NCBI GenBank assembly: GCA_015062685.1
Contig: SUUE01000007.1
Coordinates: forward strand, 33,969 to 52,318
Direction: 5' to 3'
Length of the DNA stretch: 18,350 nucleotides
Source: Coriobacteriaceae bacterium
GTDB lineage: Bacteria > Actinomycetota > Coriobacteriia > Coriobacteriales > Eggerthellaceae
Shown: piece after piece, positions 6,366 to 15,147 of the stretch
Layout of the letters: each line of letters opens with the position of its first letter
Numbering within the stretch: the stretch's first letter is position 1
Made by a program: the position numbers and the translations under genes
Notes under the pieces: model-generated
What the model was told of the DNA's origin: nothing
Seen by the model: only the letters and a program-made list of their open reading frames with translations
Databases searched by the model: none

Positions 6366-8267
6366 CTACATGAGCTTGCAGATCTCCTCCGCAAACGTCA
6401 GCGGGTCGTCAATGGGCAGCCCCTCGACCAGCATGGCCTGGTTGTAGAGCAGGTCGGTGTACAGGCGCAGCTTCGCCTGGTCCTTGGCCTCATGCGCCTC
6501 CTTGAGCACCTCGAACGCATGGTGCTGGGCGTTGAGCTGCAGTACCTTCTCTGCGCGGGCCATCGAATCGCCAGGGCCCTGCGCCAGGATGCGCTCCATC
6601 TCCATCGACATCTGACCGACGGCCGTCAGGCGCGCCGGGGCCTCCATGCCCGTGGGCGACACCTCGACCTTCGAGACGCTCGCGCCAAGGATCTCCTGCA
6701 TTGCCTCGAAGAGGTCCTTGTTGGCCTCGGTCGTCTCCTCGGCAACCTTCTTCTCGTCGTCGGACGCCAGGTCGATGTCGTTGGTCGAGACGTTCTTGAG
6801 CTCCTTTTCCTGCCAGGTACGCATGGCCTGCAGCGCGAACTCGTCCACGTCCTCGGTGCAGAGCAGCACGTCGTAGCCCTTGCCCAGGATCGTCTTCACG
6901 ATGGGCAGCTTGCCCAGGCGGTCCACCGACTCGCCGGCAGCGTAGTAGATGTCCTTCTGGTCCTCGCCCATGGCCTCGATGTACTCGGCGAGCGTCACGT
7001 ACTTCTGCTCCTTCGCGGAGAAGTACAGCAGCAAGGGAGCCAGCTCCTCGGCCTTCGAGCCGTAGCTCGCGTAGATGCCAAACTTGATGGAGCGGCCGAA
7101 GTTGTCGAAGAAGGCCTCGTAACCGTCGCGGTCGTTGTCGCGCATCTTCTCGAGCTCGCCCTTGATCTTCTTCTCGACCTTCTGGGCGATGGCGCGCAGC
7201 TGGCTGTTGCGCTGGAGCGTCTCGCGGGAGATGTTGAGCGTGAGGTCGCTCGAATCCACGACGCCGCGCACGAAGTTGAAGTAGTCGGGCAGCAGGTCGG
7301 CGCACTTGTCCATGATCAGCACGCCCGCGGAGTAGAGCGCCAAGCCCTTCTCGTAATCGCGACTATAGAGATCGAAGGGCGCACGGCCCGGGATGAACAG
7401 CAGCGCGTCGTAGCTGAGCGCGCCTTCGGCGTGGACCGAGATGGTCGACTGCGGGTCCACGAAATCATGGAAGTCCGACTTGTAGAACTCGGCGTACTCC
7501 TCGTCGCTCACGTCGGACTTGCGACGCTTCCAGATGGGGGTCATCGAGTTGATGACCTCGTCCTCCAGGTAGTCCTCGTACTGCGGCACGTAATCGTCGC
7601 CCGCATCCTCCGGCTTGGGGAGCTCGCGGGACTTCGTCACGAGCATGTGGATGGGGTAGCGCACGTAGTTGCTGTACTGCTTGATCAGGCTGCGCAGCTT
7701 CCACTCGCTCAGGAACTCGGAGAACTCCTCGTCGTCGGTATCGTCCTTGAGCGAGAGGATGACGTCGGTGCCGTGGCCCTCCTTCTCGCCGGCGGAAATG
7801 GTGTAGCCCGCCACGCCGTCCGACTCCCACACGTTCGCCTCGTCGCTGCCGTACGAGCGGCTGACCACCTTGACGTTCTTGGCGACCATGAACGAGGAGT
7901 AGAAGCCGACGCCGAACTGGCCGATGATGTCGGCGGCGTCGGTGTCGCTGAAGTCGTTGTCGGCCTTGAACTCCTGGCTGCCGGAATGGGCGATGGTGCC
8001 CAGGTTCTTCTCCATCTCGTCCGCGGTCATGCCGATGCCGGTATCGGACACCGTGATGGTGCGGGCGTTCTTGTCGAAGGCCACGCGGATCTCGAGCTCG
8101 TCCTTGCCGAGCTCGATGGAACCGTCCGTGAGGCTGCGGAAATACAGCTTGTCGACGGCATCCGACGCATTGCTCACGAGCTCGCGCAGGAATATCTCGC
8201 GGTTGGTGTAAATGGAATTGATCATGAGGTCGAGAAGCTTCTGGCTCTCTGTCTTGAACTTGCGCAT
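6366..8267 (-). CDS. htpG: Molecular chaperone HtpG (Hsp90)
   Basis: 633 aa. The N-terminal GHKL ATPase motifs are present: MRKFKTESQKLLDLMINSIYTNREIFLRELVSNASDAVDKL, DTGIGM and GQFGVGFYS. The RBS aaagga is upstream. Confidence 0.95.
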   Translation of the reverse strand: MRKFKTESQKLLDLMINSIYTNREIFLRELVSNASDAVDKLYFRSLTDGSIELGKDELEIRVAFDKNARTITVSDTGIGMTADEMEKNLGTIAHSGSQEFKADNDFSDTDAADIIGQFGVGFYSSFMVAKNVKVVSRSYGSDEANVWESDGVAGYTISAGEKEGHGTDVILSLKDDTDDEEFSEFLSEWKLRSLIKQYSNYVRYPIHMLVTKSRELPKPEDAGDDYVPQYEDYLEDEVINSMTPIWKRRKSDVSDEEYAEFYKSDFHDFVDPQSTISVHAEGALSYDALLFIPGRAPFDLYSRDYEKGLALYSAGVLIMDKCADLLPDYFNFVRGVVDSSDLTLNISRETLQRNSQLRAIAQKVEKKIKGELEKMRDNDRDGYEAFFDNFGRSIKFGIYASYGSKAEELAPLLLYFSAKEQKYVTLAEYIEAMGEDQKDIYYAAGESVDRLGKLPIVKTILGKGYDVLLCTEDVDEFALQAMRTWQEKELKNVSTNDIDLASDDEKKVAEETTEANKDLFEAMQEILGASVSKVEVSPTGMEAPARLTAVGQMSMEMERILAQGPGDSMARAEKVLQLNAQHHAFEVLKEAHEAKDQAKLRLYTDLLYNQAMLVEGLPIDDPLTFAEEICKLM

Positions 8268-8307
8268 ATGCGTCCTTTCGCTCTCTAAAACGGGTCTCCG
8301 TTCGCAT

Positions 8308-8334
8308 TTAGCAGTCTAAGCTGTCGAGTGCTAA
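8308..8334. promoter_or_regulatory. CIRCE operator (HrcA binding site) in the htpG leader
   Basis: TTAGCAGTC-N9-GAGTGCTAA against the consensus TTAGCACTC-N9-GAGTGCTAA, with one mismatch. It lies between the predicted -10 and the htpG start. Confidence 0.75.
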
Positions 8335-8340
8335 TCAGTG

Positions 8341-8368
8341 ATTTTATTACGCCCTGCGGCCAAGTCAA
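8341..8368 (-). promoter_or_regulatory. Sigma-A-type promoter for htpG: -35 TTGACT, 16-bp spacer, -10 TAAAAT
   Basis: On the minus strand, ttgact (plus coordinates 8363-8368) and taaaat (8341-8346) lie immediately upstream of CIRCE. Confidence 0.5.
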
Positions 8369-8540
8369 GAAAACCTGCGGAAGGTCATCATGCCGCTACA
8401 TTTCTCGCGGCGAAAAAAATGCATTGCCACCTTGGAAACCTTAGCGCTCAAGCTAGGGTGAGGGTGTAGTATGTTCGTTACTATTTTTCTATAAACGAAT
8501 CACGAACGCTTACGTGAGGAAAGGGTCCGAGCGGTAATAC

Positions 8541-9986
8541 ATGGTCTTCTCGAGTCTGGTCTTCCTCTTCGTATTTCTGACCATTCACCTGATCGTGTAC
8601 GCGGTCGTAGCCGACCGCTACCGCAACGCGGTGCTGCTCGTTTCTTCGCTCATCTTCTATTCGTGGGGCGGCCCCCAATACCTGCTGCTGCTCGTAGGCG
8701 ACACGTTCGCCAGCTGGCTGTTCGCCCGTCTCATCGAACGCTCCGACACGAAGAGCTCCAAGCGGCTCTGGCTCATCGCGGAATGCGTCGTGCTCTTGGG
8801 CCTGCTCGGGATCTTCAAGTATCTGGCATGGGTCCTGAGCGGCTTCCAGGCGCTGTTCGGCGTGCCCGAGCTCATCCCCGAAATCATCTTGCCCATCGGC
8901 ATATCGTTCTACACGTTCCAGCTCATCTCGTACGTCGTGGACGTTTACCGCGGAGAGATCCACGCGCAGCCCGTGTTCTGGAAGCTGCTGCTGTACTCGT
9001 CGCTCTTCCACCAGTGCATCGCGGGCCCCATCGTCCGCTACGAGACCGTGCAGGACGAGATCGACCACCGCCAGCCCTCGCGCACCGACATCTACTACGG
9101 CGTGAGGCGCTTCTGCATTGGCCTCGCGAAGAAAGCCGTGCTTGCGAACTCGTGCGCGGCGGTTGCCGACCAGCTGCTCCCCATCGGCTCGGAAACCCTG
9201 TTTGCCCAGCCCACAGCCGCATACCTGCTGGGCATGCTGTTCTTCGCGCTGCAGATCTACCTGGACTTCTCGGCGTATTCGGACATGGCCATCGGCATGG
9301 GCCGCATGGTCGGCTTCCACTACCTCGAGAACTTCAACTACCCCTACATGTGCACGTCCGTGCAGGACTTCTGGCGCCGTTGGCACATATCGCTGTCGAG
9401 CTTCTTCCGCGACTACGTCTACATCCCGCTCGGCGGCAGCCGCTGCTCCCGCGCCCTGTACGTGCGCAACATCTTCATCGTGTGGTTCCTCACGGGCATG
9501 TGGCACGGCGCGAGCTGGAACTACATCATGTGGGGCGTTTACTTCGGGTTGTTCCTGCTGCTCGAAAAATTCGTCATCAAGGACCGCCTGCCCAAGGTGG
9601 CGGCGCACATCTACGCCCTCGCGGTCGTCTACTTCGGCTGGATACTCTTCCACTTCGAGAACTTCTCCGAGATGCTGTGCGTCGTCAACGGCGTGCTGCC
9701 GCACAGCATCCTGCTCAGCCTCTTCGGCGTGGGCGGCACCTTCACCAATCTGGAAGTGCACACCGCCTTCGTGACGAACGCGTTCCTCCTCATCGTGTCG
9801 ATCATCGCGTGCACGAGCTTCGGGAAGTGGCTCCACGGCAAGATGTTCCAGATGGCGAAGCGCAACGACGCCATGCTCATGGCATACAGCGTGCTCGAGG
9901 CCATTACGCCCGTGCTGTTGCTCATCATCGCGGCCATTGCGCTTTCGGGCGACAGTTACAACCCGTTCATCTACTTCCGGTTCTAG
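8541..9986 (+). CDS. MBOAT-family membrane-bound O-acyltransferase (AlgI/DltB/PatA-like)
   Basis: N-terminus MVFSSLVFLFVFL as in AlgI. The conserved catalytic His sits in WRRWHISLSSFFRDYVYIPLGG. The protein is polytopic and hydrophobic throughout. Confidence 0.9.
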   Translation: MVFSSLVFLFVFLTIHLIVYAVVADRYRNAVLLVSSLIFYSWGGPQYLLLLVGDTFASWLFARLIERSDTKSSKRLWLIAECVVLLGLLGIFKYLAWVLSGFQALFGVPELIPEIILPIGISFYTFQLISYVVDVYRGEIHAQPVFWKLLLYSSLFHQCIAGPIVRYETVQDEIDHRQPSRTDIYYGVRRFCIGLAKKAVLANSCAAVADQLLPIGSETLFAQPTAAYLLGMLFFALQIYLDFSAYSDMAIGMGRMVGFHYLENFNYPYMCTSVQDFWRRWHISLSSFFRDYVYIPLGGSRCSRALYVRNIFIVWFLTGMWHGASWNYIMWGVYFGLFLLLEKFVIKDRLPKVAAHIYALAVVYFGWILFHFENFSEMLCVVNGVLPHSILLSLFGVGGTFTNLEVHTAFVTNAFLLIVSIIACTSFGKWLHGKMFQMAKRNDAMLMAYSVLEAITPVLLLIIAAIALSGDSYNPFIYFRF

Positions 9987-10004
9987 CAAGGAAACGAGTG
10001 ACGC

Positions 10005-11387
10005 GTGGAGACGAGACGAGACAACAGCAAGTGGAGGCCGCAGGGGCGCAAGCCCCTCGCGAACGACGTGCCGCGCCCGCAGAGCAGCAGGCGCATGAAG
10101 CGCACGATCGCCACTTGGCGCAACTACGGCGTGGTCGCCTTCGGCGCCGTCATGGTGGTGGGCTGCCTCATCGGCCTACTCTGGTTCGCGCGCCCGACGC
10201 AGTCGGCTCCCGACGTCGAGAACCGCGCGCTCGTGGAGTTCCCCGAATTCACGGTTGAAACGTTCCTGAACGGCGACTACTTCAAGCAGCTCTCCGAGTG
10301 GTACGCCGACACGTACCCGCTGCGCGACCCAATGGTCAAGGCGAATCTGTCGATAAAGCGCCTCTACGGCCCGTCCATTGAGGACGGCATCCACAACCAG
10401 GGTCAGGGCGACGAGATCCCCGTCGACGACAACAGCGCCGTGGAGGTGAAGCCCCCGGCCGATGCCCCCACCGAGAAGGCTGTCGCAGATGGCATCCAGG
10501 AGAACCTGATGGAAGGCATCTTCGTGCACAACGGCGCTGGCTACAGCATCTACTACTTCGACAAGACCGCCGCCGACACCTACATTCAGGCCATGAACAC
10601 CGCAGCCGAACGCCTGGACGGCACGGCCACCGTGTATTCGCTGTTTGCCCCGGCGAGCTCCATCATGCTCGACCCCGAGACGAGGGCGAAGGTTGGCGGC
10701 TCCGATCAGCAGCAGACGCTCGATTACCTGAGCACGCGCTTCGACTCGCGCGTGAAGCCGGTCGAGGTGCTCAACGAGCTCACCGACCGCAACGACGAGT
10801 ATCTGTACTTCTACACCGACCACCACTGGACAGAGCTCGGCGCCTACTACGCTTACGAGAAGTTCTGCAAGGTCAAGGGCATCGAGCCCGTCAAGCTTGA
10901 CGACCGCAAGTACGAGAGCTTGGGCGAGCTCGAAGGCACGTACACCGAGACGATCTCCTCCATGGGCGACGTCCGCCACGACACGGTGGACGCGTACTAC
11001 CCCATCGGCACGAACGAGATGACGGTCACGGGCGAAGACGGCGGCGAATACTCCTGGCCGGTCGTAAACCCAGACGCCAAGAACGGCGACCCCTCCACGC
11101 GCTACAGCGCGTTCATCAGCGGCGACCAACCGCTCGAGGTCATACACAACCCGCAAATCACCGACGGGTCATCGGTCCTGCTCGTCAAGGATTCCTACGG
11201 CTGCGCCTTCGCGCCCCTGCTCGTCGACAGCTACGAGTACGTCTACATCATCGATTTCCGCTACACCGACAAGAACATCGTCGACTACGTGAAGGAAAAC
11301 AACATCCAGGACGTCATCTTCCTCACCGGCATGAAGATCGGCCTCGTGGAAACCGTAGCCGAAACCCTATTGGTGGAAGTCTCGTAG
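10005..11387 (+). CDS. DHHW-motif protein (AlgX/AlgJ-like partner of MBOAT); the start is GTG at 10005 or ATG at 10095
   Basis: YFYTDHHWTELGAYYAYEKF contains the DHHW motif. It follows immediately after the MBOAT gene. The signal anchor MKRTIATWRNYGVVAFGAVMVVGCLIGLLWF begins at the second candidate start. An aagga RBS precedes 10005. Confidence 0.75.
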   Translation: METRRDNSKWRPQGRKPLANDVPRPQSSRRMKRTIATWRNYGVVAFGAVMVVGCLIGLLWFARPTQSAPDVENRALVEFPEFTVETFLNGDYFKQLSEWYADTYPLRDPMVKANLSIKRLYGPSIEDGIHNQGQGDEIPVDDNSAVEVKPPADAPTEKAVADGIQENLMEGIFVHNGAGYSIYYFDKTAADTYIQAMNTAAERLDGTATVYSLFAPASSIMLDPETRAKVGGSDQQQTLDYLSTRFDSRVKPVEVLNELTDRNDEYLYFYTDHHWTELGAYYAYEKFCKVKGIEPVKLDDRKYESLGELEGTYTETISSMGDVRHDTVDAYYPIGTNEMTVTGEDGGEYSWPVVNPDAKNGDPSTRYSAFISGDQPLEVIHNPQITDGSSVLLVKDSYGCAFAPLLVDSYEYVYIIDFRYTDKNIVDYVKENNIQDVIFLTGMKIGLVETVAETLLVEVS

Positions 11388-11388
11388 T

Positions 11389-11411
11389 AGGGGCGCGCTC
11401 CGCGCGCCCCT
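11389..11411. terminator. GC-rich hairpin (aggggcgcgc-tcc-gcgcgcccct) between the convergent DHHW and MFS genes
   Basis: Perfect 10-bp stem with a 3-nt loop, directly after the TAG at 11385-11387 and 22 bp before the MFS stop at 11433. There is no clear U-tract. Confidence 0.5.
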
Positions 11412-11432
11412 ACAGGCAACCGGCAAGGCACA

Positions 11433-12665
11433 TTACCCGACGCTCGGCTCCACCTCGCAAGCGCAATGCGCTTGCCGCTTCTTCATTTGACGCCTGTAGC
11501 CCAACGCCCCCAAGATGCCAATGAGCGCGAACACGCCCATGGTGGGAATGGCGCACGCCCAGTTGTTGCCGGCCACCTCGACAATGCCGCCCAAAACAAC
11601 CGTGCCGATTAGCGACCCCAGGTGGTCGCCCGACGTGGCAATACCAAGCGCAACCCCGACTGTCTTCGGCGATACCGCGGTTTCGGGGGCTATTGCAAAG
11701 GTAATGGGGGGAATGGTTTGGAGCACGACGCCGAACACCAAGCAGAACGGAAGCACCTGGCCCTCTTGGCTCAACGTGAATGCGAGCACGAAGAACACGC
11801 CGGTCAAAATAGTGGCAGCAAGAAGCAGGTTCGGGCGAGACCCTTTGTAGATACCGAGGAGCGCGGCCATCAGAAAGCCACCGGCAAGCATGCCAAACGA
11901 CAAGAACCCCGTATCGGTGTTAGCGGCAATGGGATCCATGCCGATGGACTGTATGCAAAACGTCGGGGCGAACGTGGTAAAGGCGGCACATCCGAAGCCG
12001 AAGATCGAGAAGACCAGCGTGAGACACCAGGTCGCACCGTTTCTGACCTCTATGCCTATCGCCTTCTTCTCCTCGGCCCAACTGGAGTTTCGATCAAGCT
12101 CCGATGATTCGGGGGTTTTCACCACGAGTGCGAACAGCACGAAGATGGCGGCGAACATGAAGCCGCAGAAGAGCCAGCACGAGCGCCAGCCCCAATTGAC
12201 AATCAAAGTGCTCGAGAAGTTAAAGATGAACAGCATGCCGAGCGACACCCAGACGCTGTAGAGCGCCATGGGAACGCGCCGCTTGCCCGCAGGGTAGAGC
12301 TCAGCGATGATGGTGGGTATGACGGCCGTCTGCATGCCGTAGCCCAAGCCCTCAAGCAAGCGGCTTAGCAAGAGAATCTCGAAGTTGGTCGCGAGGTACC
12401 CAATGAGATTCCCCGCAAGAGCACACCCGACGGCCACGAGCGCCAGCGTCTTCGGCCTGAACCTCACTGTGAGCATGCCGCCGAAAAGGGCGAGCAAAAT
12501 CGCCGTAATGGCAACGATCGACATGAGAAGCCCGCCTTGCGTCAAGCCGATTCCCATATCGCCCATCACGGCATGCAACGTTGGCGGAACCTTGAACTGC
12601 CCCACGGCAAAGCTTATCGCTGTAAGGAGCACGACCGCGTATACAAGATGAGGGTTGCGCTTCAT
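11433..12665 (-). CDS. MFS transporter, about 411 aa
   Basis: A 12-TM-like hydrophobic pattern. The start is taken at MKRNPHLVYAVVLL because it follows a strong RBS aagggggat. The longer frame to 12764 has no RBS. Confidence 0.75.
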   Translation of the reverse strand: MKRNPHLVYAVVLLTAISFAVGQFKVPPTLHAVMGDMGIGLTQGGLLMSIVAITAILLALFGGMLTVRFRPKTLALVAVGCALAGNLIGYLATNFEILLLSRLLEGLGYGMQTAVIPTIIAELYPAGKRRVPMALYSVWVSLGMLFIFNFSSTLIVNWGWRSCWLFCGFMFAAIFVLFALVVKTPESSELDRNSSWAEEKKAIGIEVRNGATWCLTLVFSIFGFGCAAFTTFAPTFCIQSIGMDPIAANTDTGFLSFGMLAGGFLMAALLGIYKGSRPNLLLAATILTGVFFVLAFTLSQEGQVLPFCLVFGVVLQTIPPITFAIAPETAVSPKTVGVALGIATSGDHLGSLIGTVVLGGIVEVAGNNWACAIPTMGVFALIGILGALGYRRQMKKRQAHCACEVEPSVG

Positions 12666-12910
12666 TCTCGAATCCCCCTTCTGGTGCACCGTCGCGCATT
12701 GCCGGGCAACACGTGCACCGAAAACGCGCCACAGCGTCCCAGGCCCTTTAAAGCAGGGGCACAAGGCCCCCGCAGCCCGATGATGCGGAAAGAGCAGCCT
12801 CCGAATAGCTGCATAGCAAGGCGAGGGGGCGCACGGGACAGCCGATGCGCGCCCCTCATGCGAAAGCGCTCAAGCGGCCCGCTTCATGATTACGGACCGC
12901 CCGTTACGCG

Positions 12911-14170
12911 CTAGTCAGCAATCTTGAACTTCACGTACTGCTTCTTCATCAGCGGAACCATGGCGATCGCGCACACCACACCGAGAACCATGAAGATGCC
13001 GTTCGGGATGGTGGCCGCCTGCCAAGAATTGCCCATGTTCACCATGACCAGGCTGGTGATGAGCGTGCCGAAAACGCCAGCAAAGTTCTGGCCAATGCCG
13101 AGGACGCCCATGGTGGTCGGAACCGTCTCGGGAGATGCCGCAGCCTCGGGAGCGACGGAATAGGCCGTTCCAGGGAACAGCTGCAAAACGAACCCGAAGA
13201 CAACGAGGAACGGAATCAGGGCATCGGTGCTGGGCAGGTTGAACATGACCAGGCCCATGATGCCAACGAGCACCGACAGGATGAGCAGGTACATCGGACG
13301 CTTGGTGACCTTGACCTTGTTGAGGATGATGCCGCCGACGAATCCGGAGATGAGCATGGCTATCGTCGCAACAGAGGTCATGCCGTTAGAGGTTGCCATA
13401 TCCATGCCGAAGTCCTGCTGCAGGTACGTGGGATAGTACGAAGCGAAGGCCGAATTCACGTAACCGAAGAGGAAGAAGATGAACAGGAGGAGCCAAGTGG
13501 TAGGAGACGCGAGGCCCGCAACGATGCTGGCCTTGGCCGAACCTTCCGGAGCCTCTTCCATTTCCAGCTGGTTCTCCTGCGCAGATGGGCTGCGCACGAA
13601 AATGATGACCAGCACCAGCAGGACCGCCATGCAGATGATGGTGAACCACCAGGAACCGAGCCAAACGCCTTCTTGCACGCCCGGAAGCTGCGCGGCAACA
13701 TTCAGGATGACCAGCTGGCCAATGCCGAACCAGATGCTGTCAATGCCATTAGGCAGGCCGCGAAGCTGAGCCGGGAACCATTCGGAGATGAGCTGCGGCG
13801 TCGTGACGACCTGCATGCCGTAGCCGAAGCCCTCGATGGCGCGGGAAGCAATCAGCATGCTGAAATTGTCGGCACCCGCGAATATGCCCAAAAGGTTGCC
13901 GCACATGGTGATGGCCAGGGCGGCGATCAGGACATTGCGTGCGCCCAGCCTCTGCATGATCATGCCGGCCGGGAGCGAGATTATAAGAGCAACGATGCCG
14001 TTGGCGTTCATAAGATTGCCAGCAGCCACCGGGTCAACGCCGAAGCCTGCCATGACGAGGCCCATGTTGGCCGGCACCTTCATGAGGCCAATGGCGAAAG
14101 TCACCTGCGCGATGATGGCGATAATGACAACTAGCCACGCTTTACCGGCGTTAAATTGTTTTTCCTCCAT
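12911..14170 (-). CDS. MFS transporter, about 419 aa, paralogous in architecture to the one at 11433-12665
   Basis: The start is taken at MEEKQFNAGKAWLVVIIAII, preceded by the RBS gaggagga. The hydrophobic profile is 12-TM-like. It sits directly downstream of the molybdoenzyme operon, on the same strand. Confidence 0.75.
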   Translation of the reverse strand: MEEKQFNAGKAWLVVIIAIIAQVTFAIGLMKVPANMGLVMAGFGVDPVAAGNLMNANGIVALIISLPAGMIMQRLGARNVLIAALAITMCGNLLGIFAGADNFSMLIASRAIEGFGYGMQVVTTPQLISEWFPAQLRGLPNGIDSIWFGIGQLVILNVAAQLPGVQEGVWLGSWWFTIICMAVLLVLVIIFVRSPSAQENQLEMEEAPEGSAKASIVAGLASPTTWLLLFIFFLFGYVNSAFASYYPTYLQQDFGMDMATSNGMTSVATIAMLISGFVGGIILNKVKVTKRPMYLLILSVLVGIMGLVMFNLPSTDALIPFLVVFGFVLQLFPGTAYSVAPEAAASPETVPTTMGVLGIGQNFAGVFGTLITSLVMVNMGNSWQAATIPNGIFMVLGVVCAIAMVPLMKKQYVKFKIAD

Positions 14171-14260
14171 TACTTCCTCCTCAGAGATATTGAACCCTAT
14201 TTTCCGTCGAAACAACGGGCGCTACCCCACATTCCCCTTGAAGCAACGCTCACCCCAGTG

Positions 14261-14292
14261 GGCGCTTCAGAAGGCGCGCCTTCTGAAGCGCC
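14261..14292. other. Perfect 32-bp palindrome (ggcgcttcagaaggcg|cgccttctgaagcgcc) between the molybdoenzyme operon and the MFS gene
   Basis: Read directly from the sequence. It lies 18 bp downstream of the beta-subunit stop on the minus strand and has no U-tract. It could be a terminator hairpin or a dimeric operator. Confidence 0.6.
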
Positions 14293-14309
14293 TCGCGAGA
14301 TGTCGGTCC

Positions 14310-15110
14310 TTACGCTTTTGCCATGTCGAAATCACCGACGTTCAAGCTCTCATCGAGCTTGACGGCATGATCCCGGACAGCTTGATAGCCTTCGGCTTGA
14401 ATAGAGATCTTGTAATCGCCTGCATCGAGCTTCCGGAACCAGAAGTCACCGAAATCGTCGGTTTCCGTAGTGGCAGTAGAGCCGTCTGGCTTGGCAAGCG
14501 TCACCTTTGCGCCGATGATGACCTCATCGTCATCCGAGTTCCAAACGCCACCGCCGATGAACAGATGCGGGGCGTTCAGGTAGTACACGCGCGATTCCGT
14601 GCCGAAATCGATACGCTCGGCATTCGGAATGATGTCCACGAACTCGGATTCTTCGCCGAACTTGATAGCCTCGGTCGGGCAGAGCTCGACGCAATGCGGC
14701 ACCTCGCCGGCATCCACCAGATGCGCGCACCCGTCGCATTTCTGAGCGATGGAAAGCTCCTCGTTCCAGTACACAGCGCCATAGGGGCAAGCGTCCACGA
14801 GCTCTTTCTTGCCCTCGGCCTTGACCGGATCGATGCACACCAGGCCGTCCTCGCGCTTGGTGACGATATCGGGCCACTTCTCCACCAGCGGGCACTTGTC
14901 GCAGTGCTGGCACATGTACGGACGGTATTCCAGCTTGACGCGCGGAACCTGCCCGTGCGTCGTCTCCTGAAGCTTCATCCAAAAGTGACCGAGCTCCGGC
15001 TGCGGCTTCTGGTAAGGCATCCAGTCATTACCGCAATGCTCGTCCTTGCAGGCAATTTGGCACCCGTAGCAGCCATTGCAGTACTTCTGATCAATAACGA
15101 ACACTTTCAT
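14310..15110 (-). CDS. 4Fe-4S ferredoxin-type small (beta) subunit of a transhydroxylase-like molybdoenzyme, with a C-terminal beta-sandwich (transthyretin/CarbopepD_reg-like) domain
   Basis: Cys clusters CNGCYGCQIAC, CQHCDKCP and CDGCAH...C. DGLVCIDPVKAEGKKELVDACPYGAVYWNEELSIAQKCDGCAHLVD closely parallels the Pelobacter acidigallici transhydroxylase beta subunit (BthL) from memory. An AGGAGGA RBS is upstream. Confidence 0.8.
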   Translation of the reverse strand: MKVFVIDQKYCNGCYGCQIACKDEHCGNDWMPYQKPQPELGHFWMKLQETTHGQVPRVKLEYRPYMCQHCDKCPLVEKWPDIVTKREDGLVCIDPVKAEGKKELVDACPYGAVYWNEELSIAQKCDGCAHLVDAGEVPHCVELCPTEAIKFGEESEFVDIIPNAERIDFGTESRVYYLNAPHLFIGGGVWNSDDDEVIIGAKVTLAKPDGSTATTETDDFGDFWFRKLDAGDYKISIQAEGYQAVRDHAVKLDESLNVGDFDMAKA

Positions 15111-15147
15111 TATGTTGCTCCTCCTCTTTTAGACTGCTCGGACCGCT

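Noticed and set aside
6170-6394. 74-aa ORF spanning the 42-bp inverted repeat
   Set aside because: It has no RBS, gives a Arg/Ala/Gly-rich low-complexity translation, overlaps the terminator hairpin, and exists only because the palindrome keeps the frame open.
8390-8461. 23-codon ORF (MPLHFSRRKKCIATLETLALKLG) in the htpG/MBOAT intergenic region
   Set aside because: It is very short, has no RBS, and overlaps the predicted htpG promoter on the other strand, so it is probably fortuitous.
12666-12764. Upstream extensions of the MFS genes (12666-12764, and 14171-14215 for the second gene)
   Set aside because: In each case a strong RBS (aagggggat or gaggagga) precedes an internal Met where the hydrophobic N-terminal helix begins. 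The extensions are non-hydrophobic and have no RBS.
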